DNA of 64,000 nt from Acidobacteriota bacterium (GTDB lineage: Bacteria; Acidobacteriota; Thermoanaerobaculia; Gp7-AA8), in contig JAJXWV010000026.1 in assembly GCA_021781455.1 (NCBI GenBank), positions 40,304-104,303 on the forward strand, given 5' to 3'. How positions within the stretch are numbered: the stretch's first letter is position 1; each line of letters opens with the position of its first letter. A program made the translations under genes and the position numbers. Below are positions 56,168 to 63,614 of the stretch, piece after piece. The notes beneath the pieces were generated by a model. The model did no database searches, was not told the origin of the DNA, and saw only the letters and a program-made list of their open reading frames with translations.

Positions 56168-56302
56168 ATGGTCGCTCTGCTCGTCGTCATCAGCTTCGTC
56201 GCCGCCGTCATCGTCGATCACCTGCTCCACCGCCGCCCGGCTGTCACACTTCGCGGCGTTGAACAACACACGAACGAGGTATATCGAGCCACAGCCGCGT
56301 GA
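56168..56302 (+). CDS. Small single-TM peptide (44 aa), hypothetical
   Basis: MVALLVVISFVAAVIVDHLLHRR... A strong AGGAGG lies 6 nt upstream of the ATG. It is the first ORF after the sigma-54 promoter. No homology could be assessed. Confidence 0.4.
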   Translation: MVALLVVISFVAAVIVDHLLHRRPAVTLRGVEQHTNEVYRATAA

Positions 56303-56356
56303 ATGCACCCCCCTGACAATCCCCCCAGCGGAAACGCCAATCGAAAGGGGATTCAG

Positions 56357-56647
56357 ATGAAGAAGATTGCAGCACTCTTGATCATTGCCATCATCGTCGC
56401 AGCCGTCCCGGCCATGGCCGCCGAAGACGGAGCGGCCCTGTTCAAGGCCAAATGCGCCGCCTGCCACGGAACTGATGGCGCGAAGATGGCCAAAGCCAAT
56501 CTCGGCAGCGCCGCGATTCAGGCCAAGACCGATGCCGATCTCATCACATTCATCGGCACCAACCCGAAGCACAACTTCCTCAAGAAGAACGTCACCGAGG
56601 AGCAGATCAAGGCCCTCGTGGCGCACATCCGGACCCTGAAGAAGTAG
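56357..56647 (+). CDS. Periplasmic monoheme class I cytochrome c (c553/c6-like)
   Basis: Trimmed to MKKIAALLIIAIIVAAVPAMAA (signal peptide). Heme site KCAACHG. 96 aa. Confidence 0.8.
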   Translation: MKKIAALLIIAIIVAAVPAMAAEDGAALFKAKCAACHGTDGAKMAKANLGSAAIQAKTDADLITFIGTNPKHNFLKKNVTEEQIKALVAHIRTLKK

Positions 56648-56675
56648 CCTCCGGCCCCGCCGGATCCGAGACCAG

Positions 56676-56705
56676 GGGACTGCCGCAAGGCAGTCCCTTT
56701 TTCTT
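56676..56705 (+). terminator. Canonical Rho-independent terminator of the cytochrome c unit
   Basis: GGGACTGCC, loop GCAA, GGCAGTCCC, followed by TTTTTCTT. Lies 29 nt after the stop. Confidence 0.85.
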
Positions 56706-56797
56706 AGTGCTGAGTACTGAGTGCTGAGTACTGAGTCATTGCGGGCGAATGCACTCAGTACTCAGCACTCAGTACTCAGCACTCAGTACTCAGCACT
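56706..56797. repeat. Tandem-word-arm hairpin HAH16 (alternating CTGAGTA/CTGAGTG)
   Basis: Left arm 56706-56736 (31 nt), 16-nt loop, right arm 56753-56797 (45 nt, two extra units). Starts immediately after the canonical terminator. Confidence 0.9.
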
Positions 56798-56817
56798 TCA
56801 CTCGGTGCCGCGCTAGG

Positions 56818-57366
56818 ATGCTTCCCGTGTTCCGCGACGAAGAGCTGCGGCAGAAGCTGGAAGCCTTTCTCCTGCCGCTGTATCAGGATCTGGACGGCGC
56901 TTCGCACGTCGACGAGGCGGAGCGCATCGGGGACATTGCTCGCGACCTCTACGTTCCCGCAACGCCCGTGGAGAGCCGCACGCTGGAGCTGCTGCTCGCG
57001 TTTCATCTGCTCGGCCACTGGCTGGAGAAAGTCGGCAACATCTCCCGGACGGTGCTGGCGGTCGGTGGCATCGATGAAGCGGATCTGCGGCGGACGGCCA
57101 CTTCGATCCGGCGCCTGAGCGAGCCGACCACCGGCGCAGAACGAGCCGTGGCCTCGGCGGTGCTGATCGATCGCGCCGGTGTGCGCGGTCTGGCCGAGCG
57201 CCTGGCGGGAGCACGCCGCGAAGGCCGGTCGCTCGCCGAGGTTGCGCGAGAGGCCCTGCACGAGGACGAGGTCCCGGAATGGCTCAGCGATGACGCGCGC
57301 GCCGAACTGGAACGCCGGCGCGCGCAGCGGAACGCATTCTGTCTGCAGTTGCTCGACGAGACCTAG
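56818..57366 (+). CDS. Hypothetical protein
   Basis: Trimmed to MLPVFRDEEL to avoid the repeat. 182 aa, helical and Arg/Glu/Leu-rich. I recognise no motif. It is convergent with the HD-GYP gene. Confidence 0.45.
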   Translation: MLPVFRDEELRQKLEAFLLPLYQDLDGASHVDEAERIGDIARDLYVPATPVESRTLELLLAFHLLGHWLEKVGNISRTVLAVGGIDEADLRRTATSIRRLSEPTTGAERAVASAVLIDRAGVRGLAERLAGARREGRSLAEVAREALHEDEVPEWLSDDARAELERRRAQRNAFCLQLLDET

Positions 57367-57367
57367 G

Positions 57368-59299
57368 CTACACGCGCAACACGCCGGCGCGGGTGAAGAC
57401 CTTGGCGTCGATGAAGACGTCGACGAGCTCGCGATCGAGCAGTCCGTCCTTGACTTCCATTTTCAGGATGTCGAGCGCCCGGTCCGTCGGCACGGCGCGT
57501 TTGTATGGGCGGTCGCTGGCGGTGAGCGCGTCGTAGATGTCGGAGACGGTCATCATCCGCGACTGCACCGGGATGTCCGCGGCACTGAGCTTGCGCGGAT
57601 ACCCGCGTCCGTTGAGCTTCTCGTGGTGGGCGTAGGCGATCGCGGCCACGGAGTTCAGGTCCTTGGTCCAAGGGATCTTCTGCAGGAAGTGGAAGGTGTG
57701 CGTGACGTGGCTCTCGATCTCTCCGCGCTCGCCGTCGTCGAGGTTTCCCTTGCGGATCGAGAGGATGCGCGCCTCCTCCGGCTCGAGCAGCAGCTTCTGC
57801 TCTCCGTGGATGTTGGTGTAGAGGCGGCTGGCCAGGTCCTGCAGGTGCTGGAACTCGCCTTCCGGAAGAACGGTAGGCTCGTTGGACTGGGTGACGAACG
57901 AGAATTCCTTCTGCAGCCGTGCGTACTCCTGCCGGAACTCCTCGTCCACGCGCGCCGCAAACTCCTCGTATCCGTCGCGGCCGTGCTTCAGCAGGTAGTC
58001 GAGCTTGCGCTTGTTGGCGTCGTTCTCGACCGACTTCATCGTGAACTCGAAGCGTCCGCGGATGGTCTCGAGCTGCATCGGATAGAGCTTCTTCTCCTTG
58101 ACCAGCACCTGCTCGCGCACGCCGACTTTTCCGAAGTCGTGGAGCAGCGAGGCGTATCGGATCTCGCGGATCTGCTCGGAGTCGAAGCGCACTTCGCGGT
58201 AGGGTCCCTGGTCGACCTTGTCGAGCACTCTGGCCAGCTCGACGGTCAGGTCGGCCACGCGGAACGAATGACCGGAGGTGGTCGGATCGCGTTGCTCGAT
58301 GGCCGTGACCGCCGCCGTGACGAAGCCCTCGAAAAGGCGCTCGATCGATTCGTAGAGGAGGTTGTTCTCGACCGACACCGCCGCCTGCCCGGCCAGGGAT
58401 CGCATCAGATCCACGGTCTCCTGGTCGAACTCGATCACCTCCTGCGGAACCGTGGCCGCCGTCAGCTTCCTCGGCGCGCCCAGCCTCTTGCGGTTGATCA
58501 GCTGAAGGACGCCGATGAGGTCGCCCTCGTGATTCGTCATCGGGAACACGAGGAGCGAGCGGGTCAGATACGAGTTCGCTTCGTCGAACGAGCGGGCAAT
58601 CGAGTACTCGGCGCTCGCCGGAAGGTTGTAGGCATCGTCGATGACCAGCGTCTCGCCCGTCATGGCCACGTAGCCCGCCAGGCTGCGACGCGTGATGGGA
58701 AGGACCTTTTCCTCGAACGTCCCGACGTCGATGGAGTCGCTCTGCGCCAGCTTCCAGCGAAGCACCGGTCCCTGCCCCTCGATGTTGTCGAGCAGGTAGA
58801 GCGACCCGGCGTCGGAGCGCGACAGCTCGCGCGCCTTCGCCAGGATCATGGTCAACAGCACCTGGTGGTCGCGGATGGTGGCCAGCGCCGTCCCGACCTC
58901 GTTGACCTTCCTGAGCTCGCTCGTGCGTTCGTTGAGCTGCCGCTCCAGCTGCTCGGCGCGCACCTTCTGGAAGAGGTACTGGTAAGCGTGCTTGATCGTC
59001 TTCAAGAGCGCAGGAGTGGAGGGATTTGTGGGCACTTCCAGGTAGAAGCTGTCGTCCTTGAGCCAGAGAGGCTGCTCGGAGAGTCCCACGCCGACGATGG
59101 CCGTTCGGGAGTCGACCGCCACCGAGCTCCGCGTTCCGGTGATCTCGGGATCGATCAGGACCACTCGAAGCGAAGAGCGGTCGGACTCGAGTGTGTCGAG
59201 GTTCACCATGGGACGCGGGTCGATCGACTCCCGCTGGAGGGCCTCGACATAACGGCCGATCGGAAAATCCCGGGGATAGAGCAACGTCAGCGTCTGCAT
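57368..59299 (-). CDS. GAF-domain HD-GYP phosphodiesterase-family protein
   Basis: 643 aa. HD motif LLHDFGKVG and GYP motif HHEKLNGRGYP, with a preceding GAF-like region. An unusually long segment lies between the HD and HHE motifs. Confidence 0.8.
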   Translation of the reverse strand: MQTLTLLYPRDFPIGRYVEALQRESIDPRPMVNLDTLESDRSSLRVVLIDPEITGTRSSVAVDSRTAIVGVGLSEQPLWLKDDSFYLEVPTNPSTPALLKTIKHAYQYLFQKVRAEQLERQLNERTSELRKVNEVGTALATIRDHQVLLTMILAKARELSRSDAGSLYLLDNIEGQGPVLRWKLAQSDSIDVGTFEEKVLPITRRSLAGYVAMTGETLVIDDAYNLPASAEYSIARSFDEANSYLTRSLLVFPMTNHEGDLIGVLQLINRKRLGAPRKLTAATVPQEVIEFDQETVDLMRSLAGQAAVSVENNLLYESIERLFEGFVTAAVTAIEQRDPTTSGHSFRVADLTVELARVLDKVDQGPYREVRFDSEQIREIRYASLLHDFGKVGVREQVLVKEKKLYPMQLETIRGRFEFTMKSVENDANKRKLDYLLKHGRDGYEEFAARVDEEFRQEYARLQKEFSFVTQSNEPTVLPEGEFQHLQDLASRLYTNIHGEQKLLLEPEEARILSIRKGNLDDGERGEIESHVTHTFHFLQKIPWTKDLNSVAAIAYAHHEKLNGRGYPRKLSAADIPVQSRMMTVSDIYDALTASDRPYKRAVPTDRALDILKMEVKDGLLDRELVDVFIDAKVFTRAGVLRV

Positions 59300-59481
59300 C
59301 GCATCGAGCTCAACAATTGCTTTTCAGGTGACGTGCCGTGGAACCGCGACCGTAATCCTGTTCTTCCACGGGCCCACGGAAGCTGCTTACAATGCCGCGC
59401 TACCGAACCATTATCGCACCCCCGCCGCAGAATTGAGTTCCGCGCGCGGGCGTTGTTCCCGATGTTCCCGAGGAGGACCGT

Positions 59482-60738
59482 TTGCCCGCGTACACGACCG
59501 AGACGATTGCACCGCGCTACCACGAGGCACTCGTGGACTGGCAAAAAAAGAACTTCCCTGAGTTCTCGTTTCTCGAAGAGAACTGGCCGAAGTTCTATCC
59601 CACGCAAACTCCCTATCAGCTCCTTGCCAAAGTCGGGAAACTGAATTCGGAATCGATCGGCTACGGCCGCTTCGCGGGGCACGCACGTTTCGAAAATGCC
59701 GGAGACATGGTCGGCAACATGTTCTACTCCGCGCGCGACATCATCCGCGCCCAGGCCTCGACCGAGCTCGGGTCGATCCAGCAGCACCGCCTCACTCTGG
59801 AAAAAGCGCCCACGGACCAGATGAAGGTGGCGGTCCTGCGCATCATGGCGGAGGAGCTCCGGCACGCGTACCAGATGTTCTGGGTCCTCGCTCACGATTC
59901 TTCGTGGAAGAAGCCTGGCCATCCCGACATCGCCGCGGAGACGATGGAAGAGCTCCTGAGCATGGAGCTCGGCAATCACGTCCTGGACGCGTTCAACATC
60001 CCCTTCTCGAATTTTCTCGATAACGTCGTCTTTGCCGCGGTCATCGACCTCGTCGGCAAGTACCAGCTCGAAATGCAGAAGGTCTTCTCATACGCGCCGA
60101 TGGCGCGCTCGATGGGACCGATGCTCTCGGAAGAAGGCTTCCACATCGGGTCGGGCCGCGGGTTCCTCAAGGAGCTCGCCGTCGGAGCGACGAACGACAG
60201 CGGCCACTACTCGATCTCCGACATCCAGAAGGCGCTCAATGCCTGGATTCCGCGCGGCCTGGAGATGTTCGGCAACGAGCGGGGAGGTGAGACCGCGGTG
60301 GCCTTCGGGTTCAAGGACCGGAACAACGGGACGGCGCAGGCCGAGTACCACGGAGAAGTGCGTGAAGTCCTCGAGCTCATCAACGTGGAGATCGTCAAGC
60401 AGAAAGTGAAGGAGATCACCGCTCCCGATGCGCGCAGCGTCGTTCGTGAAGTGCAGGACACCGGCGAGACCGTCAAGGACGTGCGTCCCCAGGATCTGTT
60501 GTTCGTCCCCGATGTGAAGTTCTTCCGCAAGCGCGGCGTCGAGGAGATCGCCCTGATGCCGTACGACGTCACCGGGAACCTGATCACCGAAAACGGCCAT
60601 CCCATCACCGGCGAGCAATATCTCGGCTACCTGGCCACAGTTCTCCCCGACTACTACATGGCGACCCGCGATTTCGCGACCTACCGCGAAGCGCTGCTCG
60701 GTCACGAGCGGGTGGCGCCCGGATCCTATGGGTGGTGA
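59482..60738 (+). CDS. Ferritin-like diiron oxygenase of the BoxB/PaaA type (acyl-CoA epoxidase-like)
   Basis: 418 aa with a TTG start and GAGGAGGA 5 nt upstream. Two EExxH motifs, MAEELRHAYQMF and LSEEGFHIGSG. The layout resembles benzoyl-CoA oxygenase component B, recalled from memory. Confidence 0.6.
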   Translation: MPAYTTETIAPRYHEALVDWQKKNFPEFSFLEENWPKFYPTQTPYQLLAKVGKLNSESIGYGRFAGHARFENAGDMVGNMFYSARDIIRAQASTELGSIQQHRLTLEKAPTDQMKVAVLRIMAEELRHAYQMFWVLAHDSSWKKPGHPDIAAETMEELLSMELGNHVLDAFNIPFSNFLDNVVFAAVIDLVGKYQLEMQKVFSYAPMARSMGPMLSEEGFHIGSGRGFLKELAVGATNDSGHYSISDIQKALNAWIPRGLEMFGNERGGETAVAFGFKDRNNGTAQAEYHGEVREVLELINVEIVKQKVKEITAPDARSVVREVQDTGETVKDVRPQDLLFVPDVKFFRKRGVEEIALMPYDVTGNLITENGHPITGEQYLGYLATVLPDYYMATRDFATYREALLGHERVAPGSYGW

Positions 60739-60743
60739 GAGCT

Positions 60744-60800
60744 CCCCGTCACTCTGAGCCGGCGTAACCGCAGCCCCGTCACTCTGCAACCGCGCAACGC
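60744..60800 (+). repeat. Post-stop motif, two tandem copies after the diiron gene
   Basis: CCCCGTCACTCTGAGCCGGCGTAACCGCA at 60744-60772 and CCCCGTCACTCTGCAACCGCGCAACGC at 60774-60800. They start 6 nt after the stop. Confidence 0.6.
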
Positions 60801-60863
60801 CGTTTCCCTTTCGTAACTCCTCTGCTGTCACCATTTCCGCCCGTGCTACTCTGGATCATCAAC

Positions 60864-61289
60864 ATGAAACGTGTGGCGGTCGTGGCCCTGCTCTCGCTTT
60901 TCTGCGCGTGTGGCAAGCTGAAGGAGCCGACGGCACCCGGGACTGGAGGGGGAGATCCGATCGACCCGACGGCGACCTTCTCGCGCGTACAGGCCGAGAT
61001 CTTCTCGCCTACTTGTGCAGCCATCGGCTGCCATGATCCCCTCGGCCAACAACAGGGAATGGTCCTCTCAGCCGGGCGCGCCTACGCGAACACCGTCGGC
61101 AAGCAGAGCACCGAGATGCCACAGCTCGCCCGCGTCCAGCCGGGCGATCCCGCCAATTCCTACCTCTATCGCAAGATCACCGGCGCCGGCATCACCGGCA
61201 ACCGCATGCCGCAGGGCGGACCTTACCTGAGCGACGCCCAGATCAAACTGGTCCGCGACTGGATCCGGCGCGGGGCGCCTAACGACTAG
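60864..61289 (+). CDS. Lipoprotein with Cys-x4-Cys-His motif (cytochrome-c-like / PSCyt-like domain)
   Basis: Trimmed to MKRVAVVALLSLFCACG. Motif IFSPTCAAIGCHD, plus a C-terminal ...NRMPQGGPYLSDAQIKLVRDWIRRGAP resembling planctomycete-type cytochrome domains, recalled from memory. Confidence 0.6.
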   Translation: MKRVAVVALLSLFCACGKLKEPTAPGTGGGDPIDPTATFSRVQAEIFSPTCAAIGCHDPLGQQQGMVLSAGRAYANTVGKQSTEMPQLARVQPGDPANSYLYRKITGAGITGNRMPQGGPYLSDAQIKLVRDWIRRGAPND

Positions 61290-61293
61290 GGAT

Positions 61294-61368
61294 AGATGTT
61301 TGAATGCCGAATGTCGAATGTAGGCGCCGCCCGCGCCTGCGTTCATTCAACATTCGACATCTGAATCT
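61294..61368. repeat. Tandem-word-arm hairpin HAH17 (AT-richer word CGAATGT)
   Basis: AGATGTTTGAATGCCGAATGTCGAATGTAGGCG at 61294-61326 pairs with CGCCTGCGTTCATTCAACATTCGACATCTGAATCT at 61334-61368, with a 7-nt loop. Confidence 0.75.
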
Positions 61369-61391
61369 TCGTGGCGGTGGTGAAGACTCTC

Positions 61392-62276
61392 ATGAAAAGA
61401 AAATCGCTCCCCTGCCCTCTGCCCTCTGCCCTCTGCGCTCTCGGCCTCGGCGCTCTCCTCATGACTGCCACCTCTGCGTTCGCGCAAGAGCAGCCGTACG
61501 CACCCGTTCGTCCGCTTCCCCTCGGTGACATCCTCCTGTCGCTGCCGACTTCGCACATGCCCTCCACCGGCGTCTGGGAAGTGCGGTTCAGCCATCGCTT
61601 CAATCAGGCCATCGACAAGGGAAGCTTCAGCGACCGCCTGCATTCCCTCTGGGGCCTCGACAGCAACGCCGACGTCGGCATCGGTCTTTCCTACGTGCCT
61701 GTGCGCGATCTTCAGCTGTCGTTTCTCCGCAGCAACGCCATGGACGACATCGAATTCGGCGCGAAGTACGAGGTCTTTCAGCAGGCGCCGGCGATTCCGT
61801 TCACCGCAGCGCTGCGCATCGGCACCGACTGGCGGACGGAGAAGAACCTCAGCGACCGCAGCTCCGTGTTCGGCCAGGCGATCCTCTCGCGCCAGCTCGG
61901 CCGCCGCGCCGAGGTTTTTCTGATTCCGACCTGGGTCTCGAATGCGGGCCGCGCGGTCAGCGGACAGACGTCGACCGCCCTCTTCCGGCACGCCTTCAAC
62001 GTCCCGGTGGGAGCGGCCGTCATGGTGGCTCCCGCCTTCAGCATCGTCGGCGAGATCATCCCGAAGAATCGCGACCTGCCCACCGGCACGCACGCCGACT
62101 TCGGATGGTCGCTGGGATTTAAGAAGGCTCTCGGCGGACACTTCTTCGAGCTGTTGTTCACGGACACCAACGCCACGCACGCCGATCAGTACGTCACCAC
62201 GACGTACCAGGGGACGCCGCTCAGCAGCCACGACATTCACATCGGCTTCAACATCGAGCGCCGCTTCGGGCACTGA
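61392..62276 (+). CDS. Secreted protein, probable outer-membrane beta-barrel (DUF5777-like)
   Basis: Trimmed to MKRKSL. The signal peptide ends SAFAQ. Alternating-hydrophobic strands and a C-terminal IGFNIERRF-type ending. The family name is from memory. Confidence 0.55.
   Translation: MKRKSLPCPLPSALCALGLGALLMTATSAFAQEQPYAPVRPLPLGDILLSLPTSHMPSTGVWEVRFSHRFNQAIDKGSFSDRLHSLWGLDSNADVGIGLSYVPVRDLQLSFLRSNAMDDIEFGAKYEVFQQAPAIPFTAALRIGTDWRTEKNLSDRSSVFGQAILSRQLGRRAEVFLIPTWVSNAGRAVSGQTSTALFRHAFNVPVGAAVMVAPAFSIVGEIIPKNRDLPTGTHADFGWSLGFKKALGGHFFELLFTDTNATHADQYVTTTYQGTPLSSHDIHIGFNIERRFGH
61412..61440. repeat. One-armed heptamer run (GCCCTCT)x3-4 inside a signal-peptide coding region
   Basis: CTGCCCTCTGCCCTCTGCCCTCTGCGCTC uses the same word family as the right arms of HAH2 and HAH13. 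There is no partner arm nearby. Confidence 0.7.
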
Positions 62277-62282
62277 GGCCGG

Positions 62283-62301
62283 CCCCGTCACACTGAGAGC
62301 C
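62283..62301 (+). repeat. Post-stop motif copy (variant)
   Basis: CCCCGTCACACTGAGAGCC lies 7 nt after the stop of the 61392-62276 gene. Confidence 0.45.
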
Positions 62302-62507
62302 TGGGCAGAAAGCGCTGAAGCCGCGATTACCCGACTGGTGGTGCACCACAGAGAGCACTGAGCACACAGAGGTTCAGCCCACCGAGTCGCGGCGCCACGT
62401 CGCAATCGAACGTGCGGCGGCCACCGCCCAGCCCGCTTATCTTCCATACTCTGAGATCCACCGTTCCGCCCGAGCCATGGCGGCACCTTTGCACTTCGCA
62501 AGGGTAG

Positions 62508-63527
62508 ATGCGATGCCCGGAATGCCACTCGATGAATGAGCCAGGCGCGGCGGCGTGCAGCACGTGCGGCCTGCTCGTGGTCAACGTTGCGCCGAAGCGC
62601 CGTTCCGAGGACTTCGCGCAGAGGAAGCGCCGCTCATCGGACATCGAGGATGTGCAGTGCCCGTTCTGCGAAGGGACGATCAACTCGCGCGCCATCCGCT
62701 GCCGGCACTGTTCCGAGATCGTCAACGAAACCTACTACCGCGAGCGCAACCGGCGCATTCGTACACGCATCAACTACACCAGCTGGGTGGCCTATCTGTT
62801 CGGCCTCGGCGCCCTGCTGGTATTCCGTCCGGTGGGGCTCCTGTCGATCGCCACAGGGCTTCTGCTGTCGATCGTCTATTACGCCATTCCCGTCGAGCCG
62901 CCGCCGGCACGCAACGCGAAGAAGACTCCGTTCGGCACTTTCATCCGGCGGCAGCTGAAGATGGAGCGCGTCGCCTTTCCGCTGCCGCATCTTCGGAACA
63001 AGAAGCTGATCTTCGTCGGAACACCACTCATCGCCGCACTGGTCGGCTACTCGGCCAATTTCCTGCTCCTGCAGCAGCCGATGAACGACGTGCTGAAGGA
63101 AAACGCCGCCTTCCGCGGCATGGACGTGTCCACGCATTACGAGTACTGGGTCATTCCCGGCGTGGTCGTCTATGACCTGCGCGGCCTCAGCTTTCGCCAG
63201 ACGCCGATCGACGTTCACACGGCTCTGCTGGAGTTCGCGACGAAGATGAAGGACAAGCGCTACTCACGTGTGGAGTTGGCGTACCGCGGCATCGAGAAGT
63301 TCTCGATCGACGGAGGGTCGTTCCAGAAGCTGGGAGTCGAGTACGCGAAGCACGACTTCGATTTCGTGCTTTACAAGTTCCCTCGCCTGTTCCACGCCGA
63401 GGACGGCTCGCATCCGATCACGACCACGGGTTCGGGCAGGGACGCGCTGCTGCAGTTTCATCGCGAGTGGTACGGCCAGGACCAGATGACGCAGACGCTC
63501 GGCAACGGCATGCTGGCCGGGCGGTGA
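62508..63527 (+). CDS. Membrane protein with two N-terminal zinc-ribbon motifs and an uncharacterised C-terminal domain
   Basis: 339 aa. Zinc ribbons CPECH...CSTCG and CPFCEG...CRHC, then three hydrophobic helices and a soluble domain of about 150 aa. Confidence 0.6.
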   Translation: MRCPECHSMNEPGAAACSTCGLLVVNVAPKRRSEDFAQRKRRSSDIEDVQCPFCEGTINSRAIRCRHCSEIVNETYYRERNRRIRTRINYTSWVAYLFGLGALLVFRPVGLLSIATGLLLSIVYYAIPVEPPPARNAKKTPFGTFIRRQLKMERVAFPLPHLRNKKLIFVGTPLIAALVGYSANFLLLQQPMNDVLKENAAFRGMDVSTHYEYWVIPGVVVYDLRGLSFRQTPIDVHTALLEFATKMKDKRYSRVELAYRGIEKFSIDGGSFQKLGVEYAKHDFDFVLYKFPRLFHAEDGSHPITTTGSGRDALLQFHREWYGQDQMTQTLGNGMLAGR

Positions 63528-63532
63528 AGACA

Positions 63533-63614
63533 GTAGGGACGCGCAGCAGCGCGTCCGCAGCTCTTGTCATCCCTTCTGACCTGTGGTTGCGGACGCGCTG
63601 CTGCGCGTCCCTAC
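63533..63614. repeat. REP-like palindromic unit pair (inverted)
   Basis: GTAGGGACGCGCAGCAGCGCGTCCGCAGC at 63533-63561 and TGCGGACGCGCTGCTGCGCGTCCCTAC at 63588-63614. Lies between convergent genes. The second unit contains the stop codon of the HAD gene. Confidence 0.8.
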
